A stretch of DNA of 64,000 bases from Octopus bimaculoides. Lineage: Eukaryota. Position numbers and translations under genes: made by a program. This document shows, piece after piece, positions 34,561 through 45,607 of this stretch (position 1 is the stretch's first letter; each line of letters starts with the position of its first letter). The notes beneath the pieces are model-generated. The model was not told the origin of the DNA, did not search any database, and worked only from the letters and a program-made list of their open reading frames with translations. The stretch lies in assembly GCF_001194135.2 (NCBI RefSeq), contig NC_068981.1, positions 149,615,108 to 149,679,107 on the forward strand. The letters run 5' to 3'.

Positions 34561-37385
34561 TGGTGAGTGCTGTTGCTGCTGTCACCATCACTGGTTGTTT
34601 TCAGCTTCAGAGGCTGAGAGAAGTAGAGTTTGAAATTGAAAAGGTAGAGAAACTTGCATCAAGTGGAGAAAATCACTGAGAGAGAGATTTAATATTTTTT
34701 ATATAGGGGAGACCGGGCCCAGTTGTTACACGGGTAAGTTGTTACAAGCCCATTGTTTCCAACTTCAAGTAATACGCAGCACTGGGGTCACTACCTCGTG
34801 AAGGCCAACTCCATAGCATCATGACTGCACATGTGTATCTCACTGGCGGACTGTCACCAGGAAAGGGATGGCTCAAAAATGGATTTTTATTCCTAAAGTG
34901 AAATTTTGCCACAAAGTTATTTCCTTAACTTCTAAAGTACAAGTGGTGTTACCGAAGTAGTTTGTGGCTCAGTAGGAAGTGTTGGAAGTTGCCTTCGATA
35001 CATGAAGGTGTGTCCTGGATGCCAAGCATTACTAGTGCTGTGTACGAGGTAATCCCCAGAAATCCATGGTCGGGGCTAATTGTTACAGTGTATCAATTTA
35101 CCCCAGGCACCTACACCAGGCACAAGTTTTCCTGCTGGTGTTGTTACAAGCCCAGAGATGTTGCGCCCATTAAAGAAGGCTTCCCACAGGAAGACAGTTC
35201 GAGGTCGTGGAAGTCGCAAGAGGTGCCAAGCAGCCATTCTAACCCTAACCCCCGTAAAACAGCGCATAGTGGATGAAATAAACAAACGGAAATCCAAACC
35301 AAAAAAGGCAACTGGTACAGAAAAGGCAACAAAGGGGAAGGGAAAGTCAACTAAAACAGGTAAGGGCAAAGGGAAGCAGCCTCGCAGCAAGCAAGTCGCC
35401 GATTGGAAATGCCTTGTCTGCTCAGATTGGTATTCCAACTGTCTTCTAGGTGAAGAATGGGTGCAAAGCATGATCTGTAAAGACTGGGCACACACTGACT
35501 CTACCGATGGACGACAGGACTTTCTGTGTGATATGTGTAGTGAGAAGTTAATGGAGAACGATTCCGTCAAGATGGCACATGTAACAATGGGGAAATTGGC
35601 TGATGAGGACTCTCAATATCACAGTTAGGATATGAGGTTGTTCAAAGCACAGTTAATAAATGAAAATAACACTTCCTAGATGCAAGAAGCAGGAGACGTA
35701 TTCATTTGTTAACATAATTCCGAGTTATCAATAGTTGTAACAAAGTACCCTAGTAAGTGTCACAAAGTACCCCGCACTCGGAGAAAATTATTATAGCTGA
35801 TACCACCTCATTAATTAGAACCTTCTAATTAAGGTTATGTAATTTCTGTTTTTACTTGCTGGTGATAACAATAAACAGATATGTTTTACTAATTAAATCT
35901 GGAAAGAAACTTCAGCTGTGTTTATTTATTTGGGTGCCAAGGCAAAAAAAAAAGGAAAAAAAAATAATAACTAGACCCGGTCGCCCCTACTTATTTTAGT
36001 ATACGAGTAGATACTACTATATAATTCATTGTGATTTTTTTCTCTTGTTTTATTTGTCCTAGTAGCTGCAAGTAGATACAGATAAATTTATTTCGCCCTA
36101 AGTTTGGGGCTTGTCAACGTACCGCAACTTGGGATAAAACTACATTGTCATTTAAAACATTTATAAAGTATATAAACGATTGACTTCTCTTTTTTTCTTA
36201 TCATTTTTTAAATAGTGGAGAAAATAGGTAAGAGAGGATGGCATTAAAAACTCCTGAGTCACTTACAATTGAGGTTACCATTAACATTATACTGAATACG
36301 ATCGATATTTTGTATTTCTTTTACATTTGACTGTGGAGGAGAGCTTGTGTGATAGAAAATCTCTTATGTGTTTAAGATATCATTCTGAGAATCTTTCAAG
36401 AGTCTCATTTTATTTCTCCCATTTTTATTGATCTTTTTCTTCCAGTACATATTCTCCTTGTTCGTTAGTTCTTGATGTAGATACGATTACAATTTTCTCT
36501 ACACACTACATACAAGCCCATTTTTTGTTCTTCGCGGGTGCGAATGTAGGATCTTTGGTCATTTTTGCATGCTGTCTATCACATCGGGATGATTTCGGAT
36601 TAGTTTCCAAAATACTTCATCTCCCTGTGGCACCTAGCCAACAGTTTTTGTGTTGCATCCAGAATTCGGCCATTGTTTAACAAGCACGTGTTGAATTTGT
36701 CTGGTGACCGCCGTTGCTGTTGTCACCATCTCTGATTCTTTTTAGCTTCAGAGGCAGAGAGAAGTAGGGTTTGGTAATAAATTCAACAGAGGGAGAAATT
36801 TCCCTCAAGGGAAAAGAATCATTGAGAAAGAAATATAATTTTTTTTTAATACTTATTTTATTATGTGAGAAGATATTTCTATATAATACATTATCATTGT
36901 TTTGTTAAATGTTTTGGTTGTCCTAGTAGCTGCAAGTATGTACAGATAAATTTATTTCATCCCAAGATTGGAGCTTGTCAATGTACCGCAACTTGGGATA
37001 AAACTACATGGACATTTAACACATATATAAAATATATAAACGATCGATTGTTTAGTTTCCTTTCTCATCTTTCTGTAAATAGTGGAGAAAAGAGTTGAGA
37101 GAGGGAGGTCATTAAAAGTCCCTGACTCACAGTTGAAGTGACTATTAACATTTTGCAGAATACGATCGATCTTTTGTATTTCTTTTACATTTAACATTGG
37201 AGGAGAGCTTGATTGATAGAGAATCTCTTGCGTATTTAAGATTTCATCCTGGGAGTCTTTCAAGGGTCTTATTTTATTTCTCCTATTTATCATTGTGCTT
37301 TTTCTCTTCCAGTACATATTCGCCTTGTTTGTTAGTACTTGATGAAGATGCGATCACCATTTTCTCTAAAATCTACATACAAGCC
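34561..37385. repeat. Tandem duplication of a ~700-bp unit (copy 1: 34561-34705 plus 35988-36535; copy 2: 36701-37385)
   Basis: Colinear identity of roughly 75-80%, e.g. GTACCGCAACTTGGGATAAAACTACAT and AATACGATCGAT.TTTTGTATTTCTTTTACATTT. Copy 1 is interrupted by the pogo-like element. Confidence 0.88.
34706..35987 (+). mobile_element. pogo/Fot1-like DNA transposon, deletion derivative keeping the basic region and C-terminal PHD-like finger
   Basis: TA|GGGGAGACCGGG...CCCGGTCGCCCC|TA; repeated subterminal TTGTTACA motifs; ORF 35080-35628 with a K-rich stretch then WKCLVCSDWYSNCLLGEEWVQSMICKDWAHTDSTDGRQDFLCDMC; no DDE domain. Confidence 0.8.
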
Positions 37386-37429
37386 CAAGTGTCGTTTTGA
37401 TGGCATGCACTGCTCTCACACTCAATAAT

Positions 37430-37448
37430 AATAAAATGATAATAATGA

Positions 37449-37540
<92 letters not shown>
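37430..37540. repeat. (ACT)n-(AAT)n compound microsatellite
   Basis: Directly visible. Confidence 0.9.
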
Positions 37541-37541
<1 letters not shown>

Positions 37542-37740
37542 ATTACAAAAACACCAGGACTTACAAATATATATAACATACAGAAAATTGCACTACTGGA
37601 CACTGCACACGTTCTACGCAAAACACTTTCAATACAGTAACCATAAGAACATCACAGCAAACCACAGCACATAGCCAAGGCACACAGAGCTGCGCTCGGT
37701 AGTGAAGTGAAAGCACGTTATAAAAATAAAACTACTGAAC
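37541..37740 (+). mobile_element. 3' end (C-terminus plus 3' UTR) of an R4/Dong-like LINE, family A
   Basis: ITKTPGLTNIYNIQKIALLDTAHVLRKTLSIQ* followed by a 3' UTR ending CTACTGAA and (TAA)n. Homolog at 60836-61052. Confidence 0.8.
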
Positions 37741-37762
37741 TATAATAATAATAATAATAATA

Positions 37763-39371
37763 CTGTATGAACTTATTTGGTATTGCATCGAATGTTGAGC
37801 GATTGCTTAGAAAAACTATGACGAATTGGAGGACGGACCTGACAGCATGCGGAAGAAGTTTAGGGATAGTAGAAATTAGAGGCATCTTCCATGGGGACTG
37901 CTTCTCCCCACTGATCTTTGTACTGTACTTGATACCACTAACACTAATTCCGAGGAAAGTAAAAGCTGGGTATGTATTTGGAAGCCGCGAGCAAAAAGTC
38001 AACCATTTGTTATTCATGGATGACCTCAAACTTTATGGTAAAGATGAAGCCCAAGTCAGTTCCCTCGTTGATACGATGTATAGCTTCAGTGCTGATATCA
38101 GAATGGAGTTCGGACTGAGAAAGTGTGGTGTGTTTGTCTTGGAGAGAAGCAAAATCAAATGTATTGACGGGCTAACGATACCATCGGGGGAGGTTATGAA
38201 GCAGATAGAAGAGACGGGCTATAAGTACTTGGAGATTTTGGAAATGGACAAATTGATGGAGAAAAAAAATGACAAAAAAATTTAAGGTGGAATACTTGCG
38301 CAAACTGAGACAGATACTTAAGTCGAAATTAAATGGACGGAATAAAATCGAAGCTACGAACAACTGGATGGTTTCACTCTTTAGATATGGAGCAGGGGTA
38401 ATCGCATGGACAGTAGACGAACTAAACAGCTAAGACAGAAAGACAAGGCAGTCGCTAACTAGATATGGATCACTCCACCCAAAACGTGACACAGACAGAC
38501 TGTATGTACCAAGAAAAAGAGGTGGAAGAAGCCTTATTGGATGCGAATACAGCATTAGAGCAGAAGAAAACAACATAGCCTCGTATGTAAAAAATGCCAC
38601 AGAACCGCTATTATTAGAAGAAGGCCTGGCTTGTGTAGGAGGAAAGATTGCAAAGGTGGGTAAAGAAAAGAATGCATGGCCAATTTCATAGGGATGTTGA
38701 AGATAAGACAGACAGAGAAAAAAGATGGCTGTGGATGACTAAAAGTGATTTAAAACCGGAAACGGAAGCTCTAATCTGTGCCGCCCAAGAGCAAGCACTA
38801 AGAACAAACTACATAAAATATAGAATAGGCAACACATCAGAAAGTGATAAGTGCAGAATTTGTGGAAAAAACGGTGAAACCGTATGACATATTACCATCC
38901 AATGTACGTCACTAGCCCAGTAGGAATATGAGAGACGCCACGACAATATAGCTAGGCTTGTCCATTGGACACTTTGAAACACGTGTGGTCTTGACAGAGC
39001 AAAAAATTAGTATGACCACAAACCTGAAGTCATCGTCGAAAATAGAAATGCAAGGATCCTATGTGATTTTATGAGTCAGTGCGACTACGAGATAGAGAAT
39101 AAGAAAAGTCGAGAGATATGACAGGTTAGCTTGGGAAGTTAAGCAGTTGTGGTCGATGAAAAAAGTAGCAGTAGTACCAATAATTGTCGGAGCCCTGGGA
39201 ACAGTGAGCAAAAATCTCGAGAAGTACGTAGAACAAATAGGGATTGCAATACAGGTGGAGCACTTACAAAAAACAGTACTGCTTGGAACCGCTCGAATAC
39301 TCCGGAAGGTGCTCGAAAAATAAGATGGTGTTACCTTAGTTCACTGGTAATACATGTACAGCAAAGGAACT
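37763..39371 (+). mobile_element. 5'-truncated R4/Dong-clade non-LTR retrotransposon (RT, CCHC finger, restriction-like endonuclease region), family B, decayed
   Basis: RGIFHGDCFSPLIFVL...NHLLFMDDLKLY...GLRKC...YKYLEI; KRMHGQF...ETEALICAAQEQALRTNY...CRICGKNGETV*HITIQC; LQKTVLLGTARILRKVL. Bounded by (TAA)n on both sides. Confidence 0.9.
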
Positions 39372-39377
39372 AATAAC

Positions 39378-39458
<81 letters not shown>

Positions 39459-39672
39459 CCTTCCTACTATAGGCACAAGGCCTGATATTTGAAGGGAAGA
39501 AACTAGTCAATTACATCGATCCCGGTGTTTCACTGGTACTTAATGTATCGAACCGAAAGGATGAAAGGCAAAGTCCACCTCGGCAGAATTTGAACTCATA
39601 ACGTAGCGACAATTGAAGTACCACTATGCATTTCGCTCGGCGTGCTAGCGATTCTACTGGCTCGCCGCCTTA
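39459..39672 (-). mobile_element. tRNA-derived SINE (TAAGGCGGCGAGC family), near full length
   Basis: Reverse complement: TAAGGCGGCGAGCCAGTAGAATCGCTAGCACGCCGAGCGAAATGC...GAGTTCAAATTCTGCCGAGGTGGACTTTGCCTTTCATCC; tail runs into (AAT)n. Confidence 0.85.
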
Positions 39673-39681
39673 ATAATAATA

Positions 39682-39732
<51 letters not shown>

Positions 39733-39774
39733 TTGATGATGATGGTGGTGGTGGTCGTAGTGGTGGTCGTGGTC

Positions 39775-39810
<36 letters not shown>

Positions 39811-39960
39811 TTGATGATGATGGTGGTGGTGGTCGTAGTGGTGGTCGTGGTGATGATGATGATGATGATAATGATGATGATGATGTTGATGATGATGGTG
39901 GTGGTGGTCGTGGTGATGATGATGATGATGGTGATGATGGTGGTGATGATGATAACAGTA
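39673..39960. repeat. Compound (GAT)n/(GGT)n repeat with higher-order units
   Basis: The unit (GAT)n-GTT-(GAT)3-(GGT)4-CGT-AGT-GGT-GGT-CGT-GGT recurs about three times, the third shortened. Confidence 0.9.
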
Positions 39961-40000
39961 ATAACAAATTTTAAAGTTTTATTTTTTTTTCTACTATTAA

Positions 40001-40103
40001 GAGTGAAATTACTGGGGATGAAATTGACTGGGAGTGGAATTACCGGGGGTCAAATTATCGGAGTCATTATACCGGCAGTTATATTACCAGGAGTCAAATT
40101 CGA
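40001..40103. repeat. Degenerate ~15-bp minisatellite (GAGT.AAATTACCGG, about 7 units)
   Basis: gagtgaaattactgg / ggatgaaattgactgg / gagtggaattaccgg / gggtcaaattatcg / gagtcattataccgg / cagttatattaccag / gagtcaaattcga. Confidence 0.75.
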
Positions 40104-40107
40104 ATTT

Positions 40108-40200
40108 GCGAGGTGGTAGGGTCGGACTGGAGTCGCTGGAAGGCTCGAAAAATGATGCCTTGGAGGGGCAGTTTGCAGGGGTGGGAGATGATAGGAATCG
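40108..40200 (-). mobile_element. Short Penelope-like fragment
   Basis: About 85% identical to the reverse complement of 42450-42540 (GCGAGGTGGTAGGGTCGGACTGGAGTCGCTGGAAGGCTC). Confidence 0.8.
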
Positions 40201-40508
40201 AGCCGGGCCAATCTTTGGCCGAAACATATCTAGGTTATCTAAGGTTATCTAAATTATATACTGCTTTTTCCAGCTGCGATTCATAAATAACTGTATGTAT
40301 CTGTGAATTATCCAACCATTCACACATGCAAATTCAATGACATTAGCAGATGATTTATTTGAACAACTTCACACTCATGGTAGGACTGGCATCTATTTTT
40401 TCATGTAAATGTAACTCCAAACTTGTTATTACAAGGTTTCTAATCTGACACTCTTACTACTTCACACATCTAATACGTACAGCCTACGCAATTTACTTTT
40501 ATCTCTAG

Positions 40509-40541
40509 ACAAATATGTCACTTGTATCAACGAAGAACTTC
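40509..40541 (+). CDS. Candidate coding micro-exon (D-KYVTCINEEL)
   Basis: Strong acceptor atttacttttatctctag, donor ttc|gtaaga, 33 nt, phase 1-1, continues 34045-34081 in frame. Confidence 0.38.
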
Positions 40542-41024
40542 GTAAGAAGATTATGTCTTTATAGCCTACACATTAATTAAAATCCTATCTTTTTATGAAT
40601 CTAGACGGCTGCCCACGTAAAAATACAGGTATTTCATTTATTTCCTAATCGACATATCTTCAAACAACACTCTTCACACAGTATTCGAAATAGTTGTATT
40701 GTTACTCTCCTAAAACAATTAAATATATGCATTTTGCACAAAGCATTTTGCATTTCTTAAACATTTTATAGCACTTATATGATACGCATTTTTTGCTTAT
40801 ATATGTGAAATATTGCATTTTAAAACCCCCTCAAAAAAATAATGGAAATGCTCTATAAAAATGCTCTTCTCTATTGTTTGGAGTTAGAGGTGTAGAATTC
40901 GGAACTGGGTTTTAAACGAACTGCAAATTCAGAAACAAAATCTAAGCACTACAGTGCTTAGATTTGAAGTGCTTATATATGAAGTGACTTCTGAAATGTT
41001 TCTCCCAAATTCTTTGTTATATAC

Positions 41025-41093
<69 letters not shown>

Positions 41094-41580
41094 CATACAT
41101 ATATATATATATATNNNNNNNNNNNNNNNNNNNNNNNNNNNNNNNNNNNNNNNNNNNNNNNNNNNNNNNNNNNNNNNNNNNNNNNNNNNNNNNNNNNNNN
41201 NNNNNNNNNNNNNNNNNNNNNNNNNNNNNNNNNNNNNNNNNNNNNNNNNNNNNNNNNNNNNNNNNNNNNNNNNNNNNNNNNNNNNNNNNNNNNNNNNNNN
41301 NNNNNNNNNNNNNNNNNNNNNNNNNNNNNNNNNNNNNNNNNNNNNNNNNNNNNNNNNNNNNNNNNNNNNNNNNNNNNNNNNNNNNNNNNNNNNNNNNNNN
41401 NNNNNNNNNNNNNNNNNNNNNNNNNNNNNNNNNNNNNNNNNNNNNNNNNNNNNNNNNNNNNNNNNNNNNNNNNNNNNNNNNNNNNNNNNNNNNNNNNNNN
41501 NNNNNNNNNNNNNNNNNNNNNNNNNNNNNNNNNNNNNNNNNNNNNNNNNNNNNNNNNNNNNNNNNNNNNNNNNNNNNNNN

Positions 41581-41635
<55 letters not shown>

Positions 41636-41636
41636 C

Positions 41637-43470
41637 ATGCCCCACGAAATTGAATACCTCGACCGTGTCCTTGCCACCTTAGTGGTTTCCCTCCCCTCCC
41701 ATGTCTATAGTACTAACCATGCTCTCTATCTCTTTAACTCTTTCTCTTTCCTTTCTGGCCCCGAAGCATTTTCTGGACCTTCGATTCTACCCTCAACCTG
41801 ACACCTCCACACTTCTTCCTCTGGACGAACTTGTTCTCTCCCTCAACTGCTCCTTGTTCGCGGAGGATTTTTACCAACAGTCCGGGAGTGGCCATGAGAA
41901 CGAGAATGGGTTCCAACTATGCGAACCTGTTCATTAGCTACGTTGAGACACAATATTGCCAATATTTACTGGTCCTACTCCCGAACTATAATGTCGTTAT
42001 ATCGATGACTGTATCGGTGTGACATCACTCTCCAGCGAACACTAAGATTCCTTCCTCGCTTTTGTCCAATCCTTCCATCTTGCCCTCGAATTCTCCTGCA
42101 GTACTTCTAACTCTTTCGTCGCATTTCTCGATATTTCTGTCAGCATAGACCACTCTGCTCTCACTACCTCCATCCACTACAAACACACCAGCTCACACTC
42201 ATATCTTAAATTTTCCTACTCCAACTCTACCCAAACTAAGCTCTCCATCACCTACTCACAATTCTTCCGTCTGCGCAGGCTCTGCAGTGACAACTAATTT
42301 TGAGGACTCAGTCTCAACTCATGGCTCGCTACTTCATCCTTCGTGGATATGTCCACACCACCATTCACACTGCCCTTTCCAGGACACGTTCCGTAGACAG
42401 TACCTTTGCTCTTTCTCCTCGCATCCACCTCACCGTTGTCCGTTTCCCGTTTCCCATCACCTCCCACCCCTGCACCCTGCCCCTCCAAGGCACCATTTTC
42501 TGAGCCTTCCAGCGACTCCAGTCCGACCCTACCACCTCGCACATCTTCTCTAGCCTACCCCTTACCTCCTTCAAACTAGCCCACTACCTGCGTGACCTCC
42601 TAGTCCACAGTTTCTTCCCTAACCATACTCTCCCCCACGCTGCTGCACGTGTCCTTACCTCTCCAACACGACCGTCTTCACAGGTACCCATTATCGTCCC
42701 TATCATATCACCGACTCCTTTACCTGCACTTCTAGTAATTTCATTTATTGCATCACCTGCTCTTTCTGCCCTTATTTGTACTTCGGTCAAACGGGACGCT
42801 GCCTGGCTGACCGTTTCACGGAGCACCTCCGAGACATCAGACTCGGCAATTACACCCGGTCTCCCGCCATTTCCGCTCTAGCGGTTATTCGCAACAACAC
42901 CTGCCTGTGTTTAGATTGTCTTTGCACAGGGGGCCATCCGGACTCAGGCCTTCGCTGTCAATAGGAATTAATCTTCTCTCTTCGGTCCTTTGTGCCACAA
43001 GTGCTCAACTCCCCTCCTTTCTTTATCTGACACCTACGTCTTCTCTTCACTCCTATCCACTTCCTCTTTTCGGTAATACCCCACCCCACCGCACCTCACC
43101 CCACACATTTACACTCGGCAAAGTAACTAGCCCCTATGCACACACCCACACGTACACATTCACACACTCCCCATTCTCGCTTACACACACGCACGCGTAC
43201 CTTCATTTCAGATCACCAGCACTTTATTATCTCCCTTTCTTCCAAACGTTTCTTTCAAACTTTTTTTCTAATTATTCACCACGCTTGACCGCTAAATCTA
43301 CAAGTTTTTTCCATTCTCTCTCTGCTTATTTTCTCTCATTCCTTTCTGTTGAAGAGCGTAGGCTGGAAAGGTAAAAACCTTTTTCATTTTCTCGAGCGCC
43401 AAACTAATACACCTGCTTGTTGTTCATACACCTGTGTACGTCTTTTGTTTTGCTATAAATTTCAACTCTC
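41637..43470 (+). mobile_element. Decayed, 5'-truncated Penelope-like element (RT, GIY-YIG, 3' tail)
   Basis: GVAMRTRMGSNYANLFISYVET, RYIDDCIGV, FIYCITCSFCPYLYFGQTGRCLADRFTEHLRDIRLG; C/T-rich 3' UTR and tail with a degenerate hammerhead. Confidence 0.9.
43342..43377 (+). ncRNA. Degenerate hammerhead motif in a PLE tail
   Basis: CTTT-CTGTTGA-A-GAGC(GTAG)GCTG-GAAAG-GTA^AAAA: same layout as the other small HHRs, with U at core position 6 and two stem-breaking changes. Confidence 0.4.
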
Positions 43471-43540
43471 TCTATATATATATATTGGGGGGGGGGATGA
43501 GTGTGTGTGTATGTATACACATACACACACATATACATTA

Positions 43541-44316
43541 GACATAAGAGAATTGGAAAATGGAGACAATCGAACAAGATGTTATTTAAATTATTTATAT
43601 CACCATATCACCGACAAACGTTTCGATTGATTCATTAAAATTAATCTGAAAGGAAGAATGATGTGGAATAATGTATCAATTCTATCAGGGAGGAGATTAT
43701 AAACAACAGTACCCATCAATTAGCCATTTTTCAAGATGTAAGAAACTATGATATATAGTTTATGAAAAACAAAGGTGAATAGTGAACGATAGTAATCTTA
43801 AAATACTGTTAAGAAATTTGACGTCATATGACGAATGAAGAAGAGAAGGAGGCGAGAAAGAGAATGGAAGGAGTAATGAAGGTATAAACAAATAGAAAGT
43901 GAATGACACGTGGATTGAAATGTAACAGGAAAGAATAGGCTGTATGGGATAAAAAGAATAATATGAAATTTGTAGATATTATTAGGTAAGGAGGCAGATA
44001 TTTGAAATAACCGAAAGTGTGTTTTTTCCAATGTAAACACCTGTAAACATGCTCTTTATCGGTGTTGATTAGTGTGCGTTTGGAGAAAAGGATAAATAGT
44101 TGTTCGTCCATACAAAGAGGGTAAAACATTTTTTCATGATCATTTCCTTATGATAAAAAAATATTTTTGCCCTCTGATTGATACATTATTCCACATTATT
44201 CTTCCTCTCGGACTAATTTCAATGTATCAATCGAAACATATGTCGGCAATATGTCGATATAAAGGATTTAAAGAACATCTTGTGCGTTTGTCTTCATTTT
44301 CTATTATGTTTATGTC
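43541..44316 (-). mobile_element. Old PLE-like 3' remnant with a 5'-inverted hammerhead-bearing tail (arms ~43541-43693 and ~44167-44316)
   Basis: The arms are about 75-80% reverse-complementary. Each has a long stem II (GATTGATACATT/AATGTATCAATC), GAAAC, and GTC. The right copy has palindromic stem III ACATATGT and stem I TTGCC/GGCAA. PLE assignment of the spacer is weak. Confidence 0.62.
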
Positions 44317-45212
44317 CTCCAAAACACGGCTCACTTCTCCTCGGAATTATCATCCATGTAACTGTGGTTACTAATTATATATATATATATATATATATAN
44401 NNNNNNNNNNNNNNNNNNNNNNNNNNNNNNNNNNNNNNNNNNNNNNNNNNNNNNNNNNNNNNNNNNNNNNNNNNNNNNNNNNNNNNNNNNNNNNNNNNNN
44501 NNNNNNNNNNNNNNNNNNNNNNNNNNNNNNTTCCGATCTGTGTTTGTATGAGTATGGGTGTGGTTGGCTGTGTGTGTGTGTGTAATTGATAAGTAATATT
44601 TATAAGCAGAAAATGTGAATATTTTCGTGAAACCAAGGAGTCATTTCCTTTTCTCCTGAGATGTAACTGCAATCTATTGGACACTTGGTGTTTTAACCAG
44701 TAAGTATATCACACGGAAGTGAATCATTTTTATGGTTGGAACACGAGTTAGGATCTCGAATTATATAAAGCTGTTGATATTAGACGGTAAAATATTGGGT
44801 TGAAAAGGTACTTGGGTGTTTAAAAGTTGAATATCGTACATGCAACTATTTGTAGCTTCATCTGCTTCGTATTTCATCGTTGAAAAGGATTTAACTTTAT
44901 ATCTCTCGAATAAATCTTTTAAATGGATAAAATTTGAATATATTCTTTAATATGATACAATGTTTTTCGCGATTAGGAAAAAAAAAAAGCGGGTTTGAGT
45001 CTCACAAACAGCATTCAACGTTCTCTATTCTAGGGGTTTTATATCACAATATTCTACTGGCTATTATTTATAACTGTCTTCTTCGAGTTCCGTTGTTTAA
45101 AACGATTTTCTTCATATATCGCAAAGATTTTAAATTTTTATGTTATAAACATTTCACACTGCAAATCATTACTAACTGTTTATATGGAAAACATTATGTT
45201 ATGATGTATTCC

Positions 45213-45607
45213 TTTACTTTTTACTCAGTTCACTGCCGCCATGCTGGATCACCGCCTTAAAGGTTTTTTTTAAACGAAGAAATCTACCTCAGGACTTATC
45301 CCTTGTAATCCTAGTACTTATTCTATCAATCTCTTTTGCTGAACCACTAGGTTACGGTGACGTAAACACACCAGCATCGGTTGTCAAGCGATGGTGGAGG
45401 GACAAGCACAGACACAAAGCTACACACTCATAAGTATATACACACGACGTGCTTCTTTCAGTTTCCGTCTACCAAATCCACTCACAAGATTTTAGTCAGC
45501 CCGAGGTTATAGTAGAAGATACTTGCCCAAGGGACCACGCAGTGAGACTGAATCCGAAACCATGTGGTTGGGAAGCAAGCTACTTACCACAAAGCCGCGC
45601 CTGCGCC
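45213..45607 (-). mobile_element. Full-length octopus-type tRNA-derived SINE
   Basis: The reverse complement starts GGCGCAGGCGCGGCTTTGTGGTAAGTAGCTTGCTTCCCAACCACATGG and ends GGCGGTGATCCAGCATGGCGGCAG...GAGTAAAAAGTAAAG. Confidence 0.9.

Noticed and set aside
35600-35615. CTGATGAGGAC hammerhead core match (also CTGATGA near 54385, 57905 and 58415)
   Set aside because: No closing stem II followed by GAAA, and no stem I/III.
35080-35628. Host PHD-finger protein gene
   Set aside because: It lies wholly inside a TIR/TA-flanked element; interpreted as a transposase C-terminus.
39642-40119. Asp/Gly/Arg-rich and poly-Met/Val ORFs
   Set aside because: Translations of the compound GAT/GGT repeat.
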